A stretch of DNA of 64,000 nt from a virus (taxonomy: Duplodnaviria; Caudoviricetes). The stretch lies in IMG/VR virus record IMGVR_UViG_3300012979_000027, positions 96,001-160,000 of that record. The stretch is one strand, 5' to 3'. The position numbers and the translations under genes are program-made. The notes below the pieces were generated by a model that saw nothing but the letters and a program-made list of their open reading frames with translations, was not told the origin of the DNA and did no database searches. Within the stretch, counting starts at the first letter, position 1. Every line of letters begins with the position of its first letter. Below are positions 43,311-52,013 of this stretch, piece after piece.

Positions 43311-43344
43311 ATATTATTATTTAATGACTACATTATTAAGTTTT
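43281..43344 (-). promoter_or_regulatory. 20-bp perfect inverted repeat enclosing the endonuclease ATG and a late promoter
   Basis: aaaacttaataatgtagtca (43281-43300) / tgactacattattaagtttt (43325-43344); TAAATA at 43323-43318. Confidence 0.85.
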
Positions 43345-43353
43345 AAATATTTT

Positions 43354-43683
43354 TTAATCAAATAAGATATCCACTGGTATTCGCTGAGAACGCATTCGAT
43401 ATATCTGTATTTTTTGACTTTCGGGTATACAGGAACTTTCTGCAGCAAGCAAAGACATACGCGCTTCTGGGAAACCACCTCGCAAATGTCCGGATACGAG
43501 AGCATTTAAAGCATAACATCCTGTGTCTTCAAAGCTTTTAACATTTGACATCGCATTATCTAGGAAAGATACCATTGGGCTAAACTCTCGCAAAGTATCC
43601 ATTGCCTGAGCAATGCGTTTCTTTTTCTCTTCAGGAGTGAGAGAATTAATATCAATAATCTTTTCTTCTTTCTTTTTTGCCAT
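43354..43683 (-). CDS. uvsX: UvsX/RecA N-terminal half plus 25-aa N-intein (IntN)
   Basis: DTGCYALNALVSG.LRGGFP....LLAAESS|CIPESQKI; probable start MAKKK. Confidence 0.9.
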   Translation of the reverse strand: MAKKKEEKIIDINSLTPEEKKKRIAQAMDTLREFSPMVSFLDNAMSNVKSFEDTGCYALNALVSGHLRGGFPEARMSLLAAESSCIPESQKIQIYRMRSQRIPVDILFD

Positions 43684-43723
43684 AGATTGAGGGTGCTGAA
43701 GCACCCCTTACTTTTTAATGTTT

Positions 43724-44110
43724 TTACTTGTTAGGAGTAATTTCAATATTACCATTAGCATCACGCTTTACGTGGTCAGTCATCGCAATTGTATGATAAT
43801 AGATATTCTGTAACACCGGAGAGATAGAATGATTCTGAAGGACATGACGCGCATCAATTTCCCAAATATTTTCGCCTTCTGTAAGGATAGCGCCAAAGAG
43901 GTAAGGAATCATCTCGAAATTTAAACGGTCTTCAAACTCTTTAGTTTTTTCATTCTTTACCTTCACAGTTGAAAAGATAACAGTTACAGGGTCCTTAATC
44001 ATAAGCTTATTGCTATTAGTGCTAATTGTTGTAGCAGAAGCATCAACGCCCATAGATGTAAAAGAACCATCACTCCAAATAATAAATTTATCAGCTGAAT
44101 TCATATACAT
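43724..44110 (-). CDS. Hypothetical protein
   Basis: 128-aa ORF with TATAAT upstream. Confidence 0.65.
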   Translation of the reverse strand: MYMNSADKFIIWSDGSFTSMGVDASATTISTNSNKLMIKDPVTVIFSTVKVKNEKTKEFEDRLNFEMIPYLFGAILTEGENIWEIDARHVLQNHSISPVLQNIYYHTIAMTDHVKRDANGNIEITPNK

Positions 44111-44223
44111 TTATTATAGCGCACTTTTTGAGAATGTTTATAAAGATTTTTAACTTTACTTAATATTAAGTTAATTTTTACTTTTATTGAGAAAAAGCTC
44201 AACAGTATTGTAAATAAAATTAT

Positions 44224-44970
44224 ATGAAGAAGCGCAATTATTTTGCTAATAAGGAGAACTCTTCTTTCTTGAATCTCGTTAAGATGATTACAGAAAACGT
44301 AGATGATGAGACAGAGGGTCTTGACTTTGATGATGAGACCGAAGGTGACGATTTTGACACTGAAGGTGACGATTTTGATGCCGAGGGTGATGGTCTCGAA
44401 GACGATATGGGTGAAGATGTAGATGGTGATATGGTTTCCATCGAGCTTCCTCGCGATGTTGCTCAGCAGCTCTATGATGTTCTTGGCATGATGCTTGGTG
44501 GCGAAGAAGGTGATGACCTCGAAGGTGACGATGAGTTTGCTGATGAGGAAGGTGACGATTTTGACACTGAAGGTGACGATTTTGATGCCGAGGGTGATGA
44601 TGAGATGGCTGATGAATTCGAAGAATTCGGCGCCGATGAAGAGGAAGAAGACGAAGATGAGGAGTGTGACGAAGAAGATAAGACAGAGGAAGAGGACGAA
44701 GAAGTTCTTGGCTCTGACCAGTCTAACGTTGCACAGTCCACAATCTCTCGTAACGGTGCTCCTAAGCGTTCTAAGGCTAATACTTCTTGGAACACTGGTA
44801 AGACTGTAAAGTCAGTTTTTGACCAAACTGTTTCTCATGAAGGTGAGCCTGCCGGTACTTCTCGCGATGGTGCTCCTAAGCGTTCTAAGTTTACCAAGGG
44901 TTGGAATAATTCCAAAACTGTGAACAGCCGCTTGCAGCCTAACAAGCACATCGCTGAGATTGGTAAGTAA
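44224..44970 (+). CDS. Highly acidic late protein (prohead core/scaffold-like)
   Basis: D/E-rich repeats, duplicated SR.GAPKRSK...W and TAAATA at 44211. Confidence 0.65.
   Translation: MKKRNYFANKENSSFLNLVKMITENVDDETEGLDFDDETEGDDFDTEGDDFDAEGDGLEDDMGEDVDGDMVSIELPRDVAQQLYDVLGMMLGGEEGDDLEGDDEFADEEGDDFDTEGDDFDAEGDDEMADEFEEFGADEEEEDEDEECDEEDKTEEEDEEVLGSDQSNVAQSTISRNGAPKRSKANTSWNTGKTVKSVFDQTVSHEGEPAGTSRDGAPKRSKFTKGWNNSKTVNSRLQPNKHIAEIGK
44341..44599 (+). repeat. 52-bp exact direct repeat (44341-44392 and 44548-44599)
   Basis: gaaggtgacgattttgacactgaaggtgacgattttgatgccgagggtgatg. Confidence 0.9.
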
Positions 44971-45000
44971 TTAACTGTAAAACAAAATATTTCATAATGA

Positions 45001-45030
45001 GAAAAACCCGTGACGAATCACGGGTTTTTC
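45001..45030. terminator. Bidirectional terminator
   Basis: gaaaaacccgtga..tcacgggtttttc. Confidence 0.8.
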
Positions 45031-45033
45031 TTT

Positions 45034-47727
45034 TTATTCAAAGTTCATCATCAAATCAAAAAGGGAACATCCAAAGTCGTCTGCAGGATTAAATGACGTC
45101 CATCCTACTGACTTATATATTCGTTTGATTTCATCGTAAACTGTTTTGATGAAGGTTGTCTTATAATCAACCTGCAAATATTCCATTAGTTCAGGAGGCA
45201 AAGTATCAAGATAAGCAATTTTATCAATACCGAACTTGTTCTTATGAACATAGATAATCTTTGCTAAGTCACCTGATTTTACTTTTTCATAACCTTTAAT
45301 ACCCAACTTGTCCATGATGATATTAAAATTAATTGCAGCTCTTACATGTCCTGGTGTTCCAAGAGGGAAGCTCATTTTACCGATATTATTATTACAGGGA
45401 ATATCCAAGAGCTTTTCATATTCTGCAACTTTATTACAGCGCTGAATTGTAACAATGTCATCAAGCGGCATTTCTTTAAATTTGTTATAAAGATTTTGAA
45501 GCAATGATTCAGTAGAAGTTTTATCTTGTGTAATAATCATATGCTCAACAACTTCTTTTGCAGCTATTTTAAGGTCCTTAGCTAGAGTAGAACGAGCAAA
45601 CTTTACACCTGTATACTTGAATGATGGCTTTTTAACACCTTCATTATCAAGGATATGAAGAATATAATTTTTCTTCGCTTCTTCGTCTTTGTTTTTCTTT
45701 TTTAAGAATACACCGGCATCACAAATTTTTTCTCGTTTGAAATATACAGTACATTTATTAGAGTTTGTTGTTGTCTTGAACCATTCTTGGAAATGTTTAT
45801 CGATGTAATCATCACATTCTTGAACAAGTGCATAACCTTCTTCAGTAACTTTACCATCTTTACATACTACAACACCGCATTTATCCAACCTGATACAACA
45901 AGAATCTGTATCATTAAAGATAACAACCGCTTCCAAATCATCGTCGGAGATATTATTATTCTTAGATTTTACAAAGTTACGTGCGAGTACATTAATATGT
46001 TTAATTGAAGTAGAGCCTGCAGTAGTAATTGCATTAGCCAAATCAGTGTCACCAATCTGATTCTTGCCGGAACTTATTGCACCGTAAGCACTATTAATCA
46101 AAATTTTAAGAGCATATTGAAGAATGTCCTTACGGTTAATTTCACCTTTCAGAACTTTGATACGGGTGGGGTCTGTGCATGTTTCAAGTTCTTTATTATG
46201 AAGTTTAATTTCTTTACGAATAGAAGAACGTTGTTCAAACACTTCTGCCATATATTGTGCAAACACACCGGGAATATCTTGTCTAAAGACGCATCCGTTG
46301 GGCGCTACACAATAATTCATCTCTTTAATAAACCTATTAAACTGTCCTCGCGTTAAATCATACTTAAGATTGTCCTTGGCAAAAACGAATTTAATACCAT
46401 CGCTTTCTGAACCATTATAAACTTCGCCTGATTTAAAATAAGCCATACCAACTTTAGTCTCCGGAGATATATTAAGACTAATCGAGTTATTGGGGTATAG
46501 ACTACCAGCGTCGAAAGTTACAGCATCACGAGCAAATCCAGGTCGCAATGATACAAAGCCACCCGGTTTTTCTTCATCCGGATTAACATCACGAATATAG
46601 GTATGAAGAACACGATTCTTTCTGCGGCAACGAATCGCTACTGCACCATTTGTACCCGGGATTGTCATCATCCCTTTATCAAAATTGCAACAACCCATAT
46701 ATGATACCATTCGCAAAATCTGGAAATAACGAGTTTTTTCTTCCAATTTTACCAGAAGCTCAACGTCTCGAACGTTATATTCCACGAAAGTATTCCAATG
46801 GTTGCGCATGAACTCATAAATGTTCTTCTCTCCTTGATAATCTACTTTACCAATACCAAGTTCTTCCTGTGCAATGAAATCCAACTTATAAGATTCTTGC
46901 TTTACAATCTTATACTTTGCATAAACATCGATATGGTCAAGAATAGTTACACCAGAGAAGTTATATTTTGTATATTCACGATTGAACTTATCCTTATCTA
47001 TAGATTCATAATAGTTTTGATATGGAGAGAGCTCGAGTAACTTATCTTCACCAAATACCTTACGAATACGATTTACAATATAAGGCATATCAAATCGATT
47101 TAGGTTCCAAGCAGTTACGACGTCGGGATAATCATTAGACTTCCAAAACTCTATAAATGAATAAAGAACACCTCTTTCAGTTGTACAGTTTTGATATACT
47201 ACATTATCGCCAAGGTCCTTACCTGTATATGCATTCTTAGAAAAAATAAAATATTTCTTCTCCACTGAATCATATACCGTTATAATATTAATCTCTGAAG
47301 GAGCAGACTTATCTAAATCTATCTGAGACTTGTCAGCGCTTCTGTATACAATTGCTTCAGGAAATGAACCATCATCTGTTTCGTCAACCTCAATATCGAA
47401 GAAAAGAATACGCAACGGATTTGCATCAAAACCCGGCTTATCATACTTGTCCCAAAAGTAGTCAAGAAGAAACTGCTGGGTTACATCAAAGTTTTCATAA
47501 TAGTGTCTGGAACCATAAGACTTAACAAATTTCGTACGCTGTCCAGGAGTATTAAACTCTACTTTCTCAACCGGCTTTTCGAAGATAGAAATATATTGCC
47601 CTCTTGGTGAATCAACATAAAGATAAGGTTTGAACGGCACATTAACCGTCAAACGCTTACCTGACTTGTTCCAAGTTTTAAGTTTAATACACTTATCGTC
47701 GGGTGACCAATAACAATGTCTGTACAT
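45034..47727 (-). CDS. Family B DNA polymerase (gp43-like)
   Basis: FDIE, WN...FD.PY, YNVRDV, DAGSLYP, KILINSAYG, DTDS and KKNY motifs. Confidence 0.96.
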   Translation of the reverse strand: MYRHCYWSPDDKCIKLKTWNKSGKRLTVNVPFKPYLYVDSPRGQYISIFEKPVEKVEFNTPGQRTKFVKSYGSRHYYENFDVTQQFLLDYFWDKYDKPGFDANPLRILFFDIEVDETDDGSFPEAIVYRSADKSQIDLDKSAPSEINIITVYDSVEKKYFIFSKNAYTGKDLGDNVVYQNCTTERGVLYSFIEFWKSNDYPDVVTAWNLNRFDMPYIVNRIRKVFGEDKLLELSPYQNYYESIDKDKFNREYTKYNFSGVTILDHIDVYAKYKIVKQESYKLDFIAQEELGIGKVDYQGEKNIYEFMRNHWNTFVEYNVRDVELLVKLEEKTRYFQILRMVSYMGCCNFDKGMMTIPGTNGAVAIRCRRKNRVLHTYIRDVNPDEEKPGGFVSLRPGFARDAVTFDAGSLYPNNSISLNISPETKVGMAYFKSGEVYNGSESDGIKFVFAKDNLKYDLTRGQFNRFIKEMNYCVAPNGCVFRQDIPGVFAQYMAEVFEQRSSIRKEIKLHNKELETCTDPTRIKVLKGEINRKDILQYALKILINSAYGAISSGKNQIGDTDLANAITTAGSTSIKHINVLARNFVKSKNNNISDDDLEAVVIFNDTDSCCIRLDKCGVVVCKDGKVTEEGYALVQECDDYIDKHFQEWFKTTTNSNKCTVYFKREKICDAGVFLKKKNKDEEAKKNYILHILDNEGVKKPSFKYTGVKFARSTLAKDLKIAAKEVVEHMIITQDKTSTESLLQNLYNKFKEMPLDDIVTIQRCNKVAEYEKLLDIPCNNNIGKMSFPLGTPGHVRAAINFNIIMDKLGIKGYEKVKSGDLAKIIYVHKNKFGIDKIAYLDTLPPELMEYLQVDYKTTFIKTVYDEIKRIYKSVGWTSFNPADDFGCSLFDLMMNFE

Positions 47728-47730
47728 TTT

Positions 47731-49542
47731 TTATTCGTTATAAATTCGTTTTGTAAAACCGTTGGATTTTTCCAACATAATTACCTCATTAATAAATGGA
47801 ATTTGTGCTCCACTTTTATGAGAGATAATATATACTGCTTTATTTTCTTTATGTGTATGTTCTGATATGAAATTCAATATAATATTAAGTGATTTATCGT
47901 CAAGAGACGAGTCTAAGATTTCATCAAAAAAGATAATATTATAAGAGATTTGTCTCTGGAGACTTAACATATCATTGATAGCGAATGAGATTGCCAAATC
48001 TATCTTTTTCATCTCTGCTCCGGAGCAATTATTATACAAACATATCACACCATTAGAATCCTTAATTTCTTCTTCAAAGTATTCATTAAATCTGAAATTA
48101 AAGGTACTTTTAATAGAGCTAAGATAATACATAATTCGATTATTGAACAAATCAAGGAGCTTGTTTACAATATATGCTCTTACTCCATATTCACCAAGAA
48201 TATGTTCACAGATATTCATCATTCCAAGTTCTCGTTCAAGCCCTTCAACTGTCTTTTGAACTTTATTAAGAGTCTCTTGTGTAGATTTAATAAGAGTTTT
48301 GAAGTTCTCAATGCCCGAAAAGTCCTCTTTGATGTCTTTCGACTTAATCTGCTCTTCATAAACATTTATAATGCGTTTACTTTCAGCTATTTTAAGCTGC
48401 AGTTCATTAAAGATTTTGTGATATTCACTATCTTTATTGATTATCTCTTTGGCTTTAACAATATCGCCTTCGATTTCTTCTGTCTTTTCAGCAACTGTCG
48501 TAATTTTTTGAAGAATTTCTTCCAACTTTTCGTTCAAAGACAATTTTTCTTCGTTGATATGCGTAATATGTTCATCAGAATAAGCCCTCTTACAAGTAGG
48601 ACAAACACCACTAACAGTTTCAAGTCGCTTTAAATCTCTACGAAGAACACCTTCTTCGATATAAAGTTGAGATTTTACTATGTTTAGCTTAGTTTTAAAC
48701 TCTTCCTGTTTGATAAGAGACGAATTGATAGCATTTAAGTCATAATCTTTAGGCCACTTTTTATGCAACTCATCAATAGCTGTATTATAAGAAACGATAC
48801 ATCGATTTTCATTATCAACTTTTTCATTGATTGCGTCTAACTCTCTTTGTTTACGAGTTTCATATTGATTTTGTAAATCTATTAATCGCTCGAGCTCTCT
48901 TTGATAGTTCGCGATATTTGATTCATGTAAACTTTGAGTATTTTTCTCAAGAGAATAGTTACCTTTAGTTGTGCGTATATCCTCCTTCAAAATTCGGGAC
49001 ATTAAGGAGAAGATATTTAAGTTGAAAATAGTCTCGATGAAGTTCTTCTTTTCTTGTTTTTTACGAGCCATGAACGGAATAGTATTATTAGCTCGCATCA
49101 GAACACAATTTTGGAAAATATCCTTTTCCGCATAAAAAACTTCTTCAATATATTTGTTAGTCTCAGCGGTTGTGGATTTAGTAACCTCTACGCCATCTTT
49201 CCAAATCTTTAATGATTGAGGTGCAAGTTTACGTTCAATAAGATAAGTATCAATATTTCCTGGAGTCTCAATATCTGCCTCGAGACGAACTACACAATTT
49301 TTACCAACCTTTCGGTTAACAATGAAACTTAACTTAGAAAGTTCTCGCATTGTATTACCGAACAAAGCAAAATAGAAAGCATCTGAAATGGAACTTTTGC
49401 CCGCCGCATTTGCAATACCATCCTCATCTCTATTAACACCTGTAATTACATTCATTCCGGTGTTAAAATCTATTTCTAATGGTTCATTACCAATAGATAA
49501 GAAGTTTTGAATATAAAGTTTTTTGAAATTAATTTTCTTCAT
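47731..49542 (-). CDS. Recombination ATPase (gp46/Rad50/SbcC-like)
   Basis: NFLSIGN, AGKS, CPTC hook, SGAE, FDEILDSSLD and ISH. Confidence 0.95.
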   Translation of the reverse strand: MKKINFKKLYIQNFLSIGNEPLEIDFNTGMNVITGVNRDEDGIANAAGKSSISDAFYFALFGNTMRELSKLSFIVNRKVGKNCVVRLEADIETPGNIDTYLIERKLAPQSLKIWKDGVEVTKSTTAETNKYIEEVFYAEKDIFQNCVLMRANNTIPFMARKKQEKKNFIETIFNLNIFSLMSRILKEDIRTTKGNYSLEKNTQSLHESNIANYQRELERLIDLQNQYETRKQRELDAINEKVDNENRCIVSYNTAIDELHKKWPKDYDLNAINSSLIKQEEFKTKLNIVKSQLYIEEGVLRRDLKRLETVSGVCPTCKRAYSDEHITHINEEKLSLNEKLEEILQKITTVAEKTEEIEGDIVKAKEIINKDSEYHKIFNELQLKIAESKRIINVYEEQIKSKDIKEDFSGIENFKTLIKSTQETLNKVQKTVEGLERELGMMNICEHILGEYGVRAYIVNKLLDLFNNRIMYYLSSIKSTFNFRFNEYFEEEIKDSNGVICLYNNCSGAEMKKIDLAISFAINDMLSLQRQISYNIIFFDEILDSSLDDKSLNIILNFISEHTHKENKAVYIISHKSGAQIPFINEVIMLEKSNGFTKRIYNE

Positions 49543-49585
49543 GTATTAATACTTTACATGAGTTCTGAAAGAAAAAATGCCGGTT

Positions 49586-50485
49586 CTAACCGGCATTTTT
49601 CACAAAGTTGGGAAGATATGAGAAATCAGGTTGAGGCATCTGCACAATTTCCAACTTGAACTTATTCTGCTTATACTTCTTTCTAATCTTTTCTTTTACT
49701 TCATCATCTCCCTTGTTGAAACGAATAAAGTCATCAATCTGTTTATAAGTAATACCAAGTCGTTCTTCATCAGATTGAGGCTGAAGGCCATCAGCAGGAG
49801 TTTTGTCAATTAGTTCAATCAGTCGTTTATGACCATCTACGGGGTAAGTTTGCCAAGACATATCAGCCATTCTTTCCTTGACAGAAGTATCTTCTAACAT
49901 TTTTTTATTATAAAGTAAAGTAGCAACATAGCAACCTAAGTGCTTTACCTCTGTTACTGTTAATCCTTGAATAGGAGCATACGACCCTGCATTATCGCCA
50001 AATTGTGTGGCATAACCAACCATATCTTCTGAAAGATTGGAAGTATTGATAACACGACCACCAATACATTGACCAACAGCATGAAGTGTAGACATGCGGA
50101 TACGAGCAGGAAGATTGATTTCCATGTCCTTATTAGGATAAACATTATCCATTGAGCGTCTATCCCAAATCTGTTTTGTGATAGCATCCACACTCTCAGC
50201 AATGTTGATAATAGAATGAGAAATACCAAGAATTTTTACCACGTCAAAACTATCATGAATATCAGACTGTGTTCCTTGTGGCATCAATACACCGTGTACT
50301 CGTTCCTTACCAAAAATGGAAACAAGTAATGCAGCTACAACTGTACTGTCTTTACCACCACTAATACCAACAACAAATTTATCAGCGTTCGTAATTGAAG
50401 CCCATGTCTTCAAATGTGTTTCAATGGTTGCATATACCAACTCTAAATTAAAATCATATACTTTCTTTTCGTTCATATTTTCCAT
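49586..50485 (-). CDS. nadE: NH3-dependent NAD+ synthetase
   Basis: GISGGKDS, NLPARIRM, SNLSE..VGY.T.FGD, PADGL and SDEERLG. Confidence 0.93.
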   Translation of the reverse strand: MENMNEKKVYDFNLELVYATIETHLKTWASITNADKFVVGISGGKDSTVVAALLVSIFGKERVHGVLMPQGTQSDIHDSFDVVKILGISHSIINIAESVDAITKQIWDRRSMDNVYPNKDMEINLPARIRMSTLHAVGQCIGGRVINTSNLSEDMVGYATQFGDNAGSYAPIQGLTVTEVKHLGCYVATLLYNKKMLEDTSVKERMADMSWQTYPVDGHKRLIELIDKTPADGLQPQSDEERLGITYKQIDDFIRFNKGDDEVKEKIRKKYKQNKFKLEIVQMPQPDFSYLPNFVKNAG

Positions 50486-50515
50486 TATCTTATTTTTGCT
50501 TAGTTGAGGGTAGTG

Positions 50516-50707
50516 TCATACTCCCCTCTTTTTTCTTCCAAAAAGTCTATCATCTGTAAGTTTTCTGAAATACGCAGCAGTAGAGTGACATTTGAATGTG
50601 CATGTTTCGTTTCTCTTTTCTTCAAGAATATAATGAGTTACAAAAAACTTGATATTTCGCCATCTCATTTTTCTTCGCCAAAAGATGTCACGATTTTTCA
50701 TACTCAC
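50516..50707 (-). CDS. Small hypothetical protein
   Basis: 63-aa ORF overlapping the upstream stop. Confidence 0.45.
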   Translation of the reverse strand: MSMKNRDIFWRRKMRWRNIKFFVTHYILEEKRNETCTFKCHSTAAYFRKLTDDRLFGRKKRGV

Positions 50708-51099
50708 AGATTTTCATCAATGGTTTCACGACTTGTCTCAAATTCTTTCGTTTCATCTAAATCCTTCCAAAGATTTACTGTAACAGTTCCATCATCATTA
50801 TATTTCAATGCTCTTTTAACACGAAAAAGGGTTCGTTCTAACAAACAGGTTTTATCAATAATATCAGAAATAGTAAAATCTTTATCAAATTCAGTTTCTT
50901 TATTGAACTTATAACCATCTTCATGGGTATATGCTTGTGCTAATAATGATGCAATGAATTCAACGCTTTCTCGCTTATTAACATCAAAATGCTTTTCAAC
51001 ATTATAATTTGTAATGTAATATTTTGCAAATTTAATTACACTAGGTTGTTTTTCTAACCAAGCAATATATTCAAAATACTTCTTTTGTTTTTCTTCCAT
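50704..51099 (-). CDS. Hypothetical protein ending in a NAMPT-like RETIDENL
   Basis: 131-aa ORF. Confidence 0.65.
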   Translation of the reverse strand: MEEKQKKYFEYIAWLEKQPSVIKFAKYYITNYNVEKHFDVNKRESVEFIASLLAQAYTHEDGYKFNKETEFDKDFTISDIIDKTCLLERTLFRVKRALKYNDDGTVTVNLWKDLDETKEFETSRETIDENL

Positions 51100-51106
51100 A
51101 AGTTAA

Positions 51107-51955
51107 TTATACATTAGTTCTATGTTTTTTATGATGTGACTTTCCACCTTTACCATTTTTTCCAAGTTTATAACCAATTTTTTTATACTCTTCTATTTCT
51201 TCAATTTTTACACAAAGTCTATGATTAGTTTGTTCGTTAAACATCCATTTTTTACCAAAGTTTGGATTTTTTTCTCCACTTTTAGATTTTCTAATATTTT
51301 CACAAACCTCTTTTGGTAATTTCCTTCCAGTCATAAACTTTGCTGATGCTTCACCAATTTTTTTCTTACTCTCTTCCGTGTGTTTAAATCCGAGTTTTTT
51401 CTGTCTTATTTTTTCTTTAGTTTCTTCTGTATGTTTAGAACCCAAACGACTTTGAATTAAAATTTGTTTATGTTCTTCTGAAAGTTTATTATTACCATTT
51501 TTTATACGAGATTCTAAAATTTTTTGTCTGTGTTCTTTTGTGTGTTTTCTACCAAGATTCGCTTTAAGTAAAGCCTTTTTTGCATTGTCGCTCATAGGTC
51601 TTCCTATCATTGGACTTGGCAACTTTTTATAAGCAATTCTCAATTTTTCAATTGTTCGTGAATTGATAGTAACACCTTTATGTCTATTAGCGAATAAAAA
51701 GCAAGTTTTTACCATCGCTCTATACTGATAACTATCTTCACCAAACTTTTTCTTATAAATTCGTTTCAATAGTAAATGTGCTATAAAATGTTCTCGTACT
51801 GTAAGATTTACTTTATTTGACTTTTTGTAAATTAGTTTCTTATCAATAGAACGAGGAACGACATGATGAGTTTCGTAATACTCACAATTACTTTCATCCA
51901 ATACATTTTCTCTACGATAACTTACGAGGTTATCATATATCTTCTCATAATCCAT
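51107..51955 (-). mobile_element. Free-standing HNH homing endonuclease with NUMOD3 repeats
   Basis: YYETHHVVPRS...NKVNLTVREHFIAHLLL; GxKHTxEx(K/R)xKI repeats. Confidence 0.9.
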
Positions 51956-52004
51956 ATCAGTATTTATACAAAATGTATCTCGTGTGAAAGGATTATGAGA
52001 AGAT
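51939..52004 (-). promoter_or_regulatory. 15-bp perfect inverted repeat over the HNH start with TATAAATA in the loop
   Basis: atcttctcataatcc (51939-51953) / ggattatgagaagat (51990-52004); TATAAATA at 51968-51961. Confidence 0.85.
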
Positions 52005-52013
52005 TTTTATTTT

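Noticed and set aside
43317-43505. 62-aa overlapping ORF as a frameshifted continuation of IntN
   Set aside because: There is no CGG or slippery site; the frame runs into the hairpin arm and stops before the endonuclease.
44341-44599. Direct repeats as a CRISPR array or DGR template/variable pair
   Set aside because: They are exact in-frame coding repeats of an acidic protein, with no spacers, adenine-specific mismatches or reverse transcriptase.
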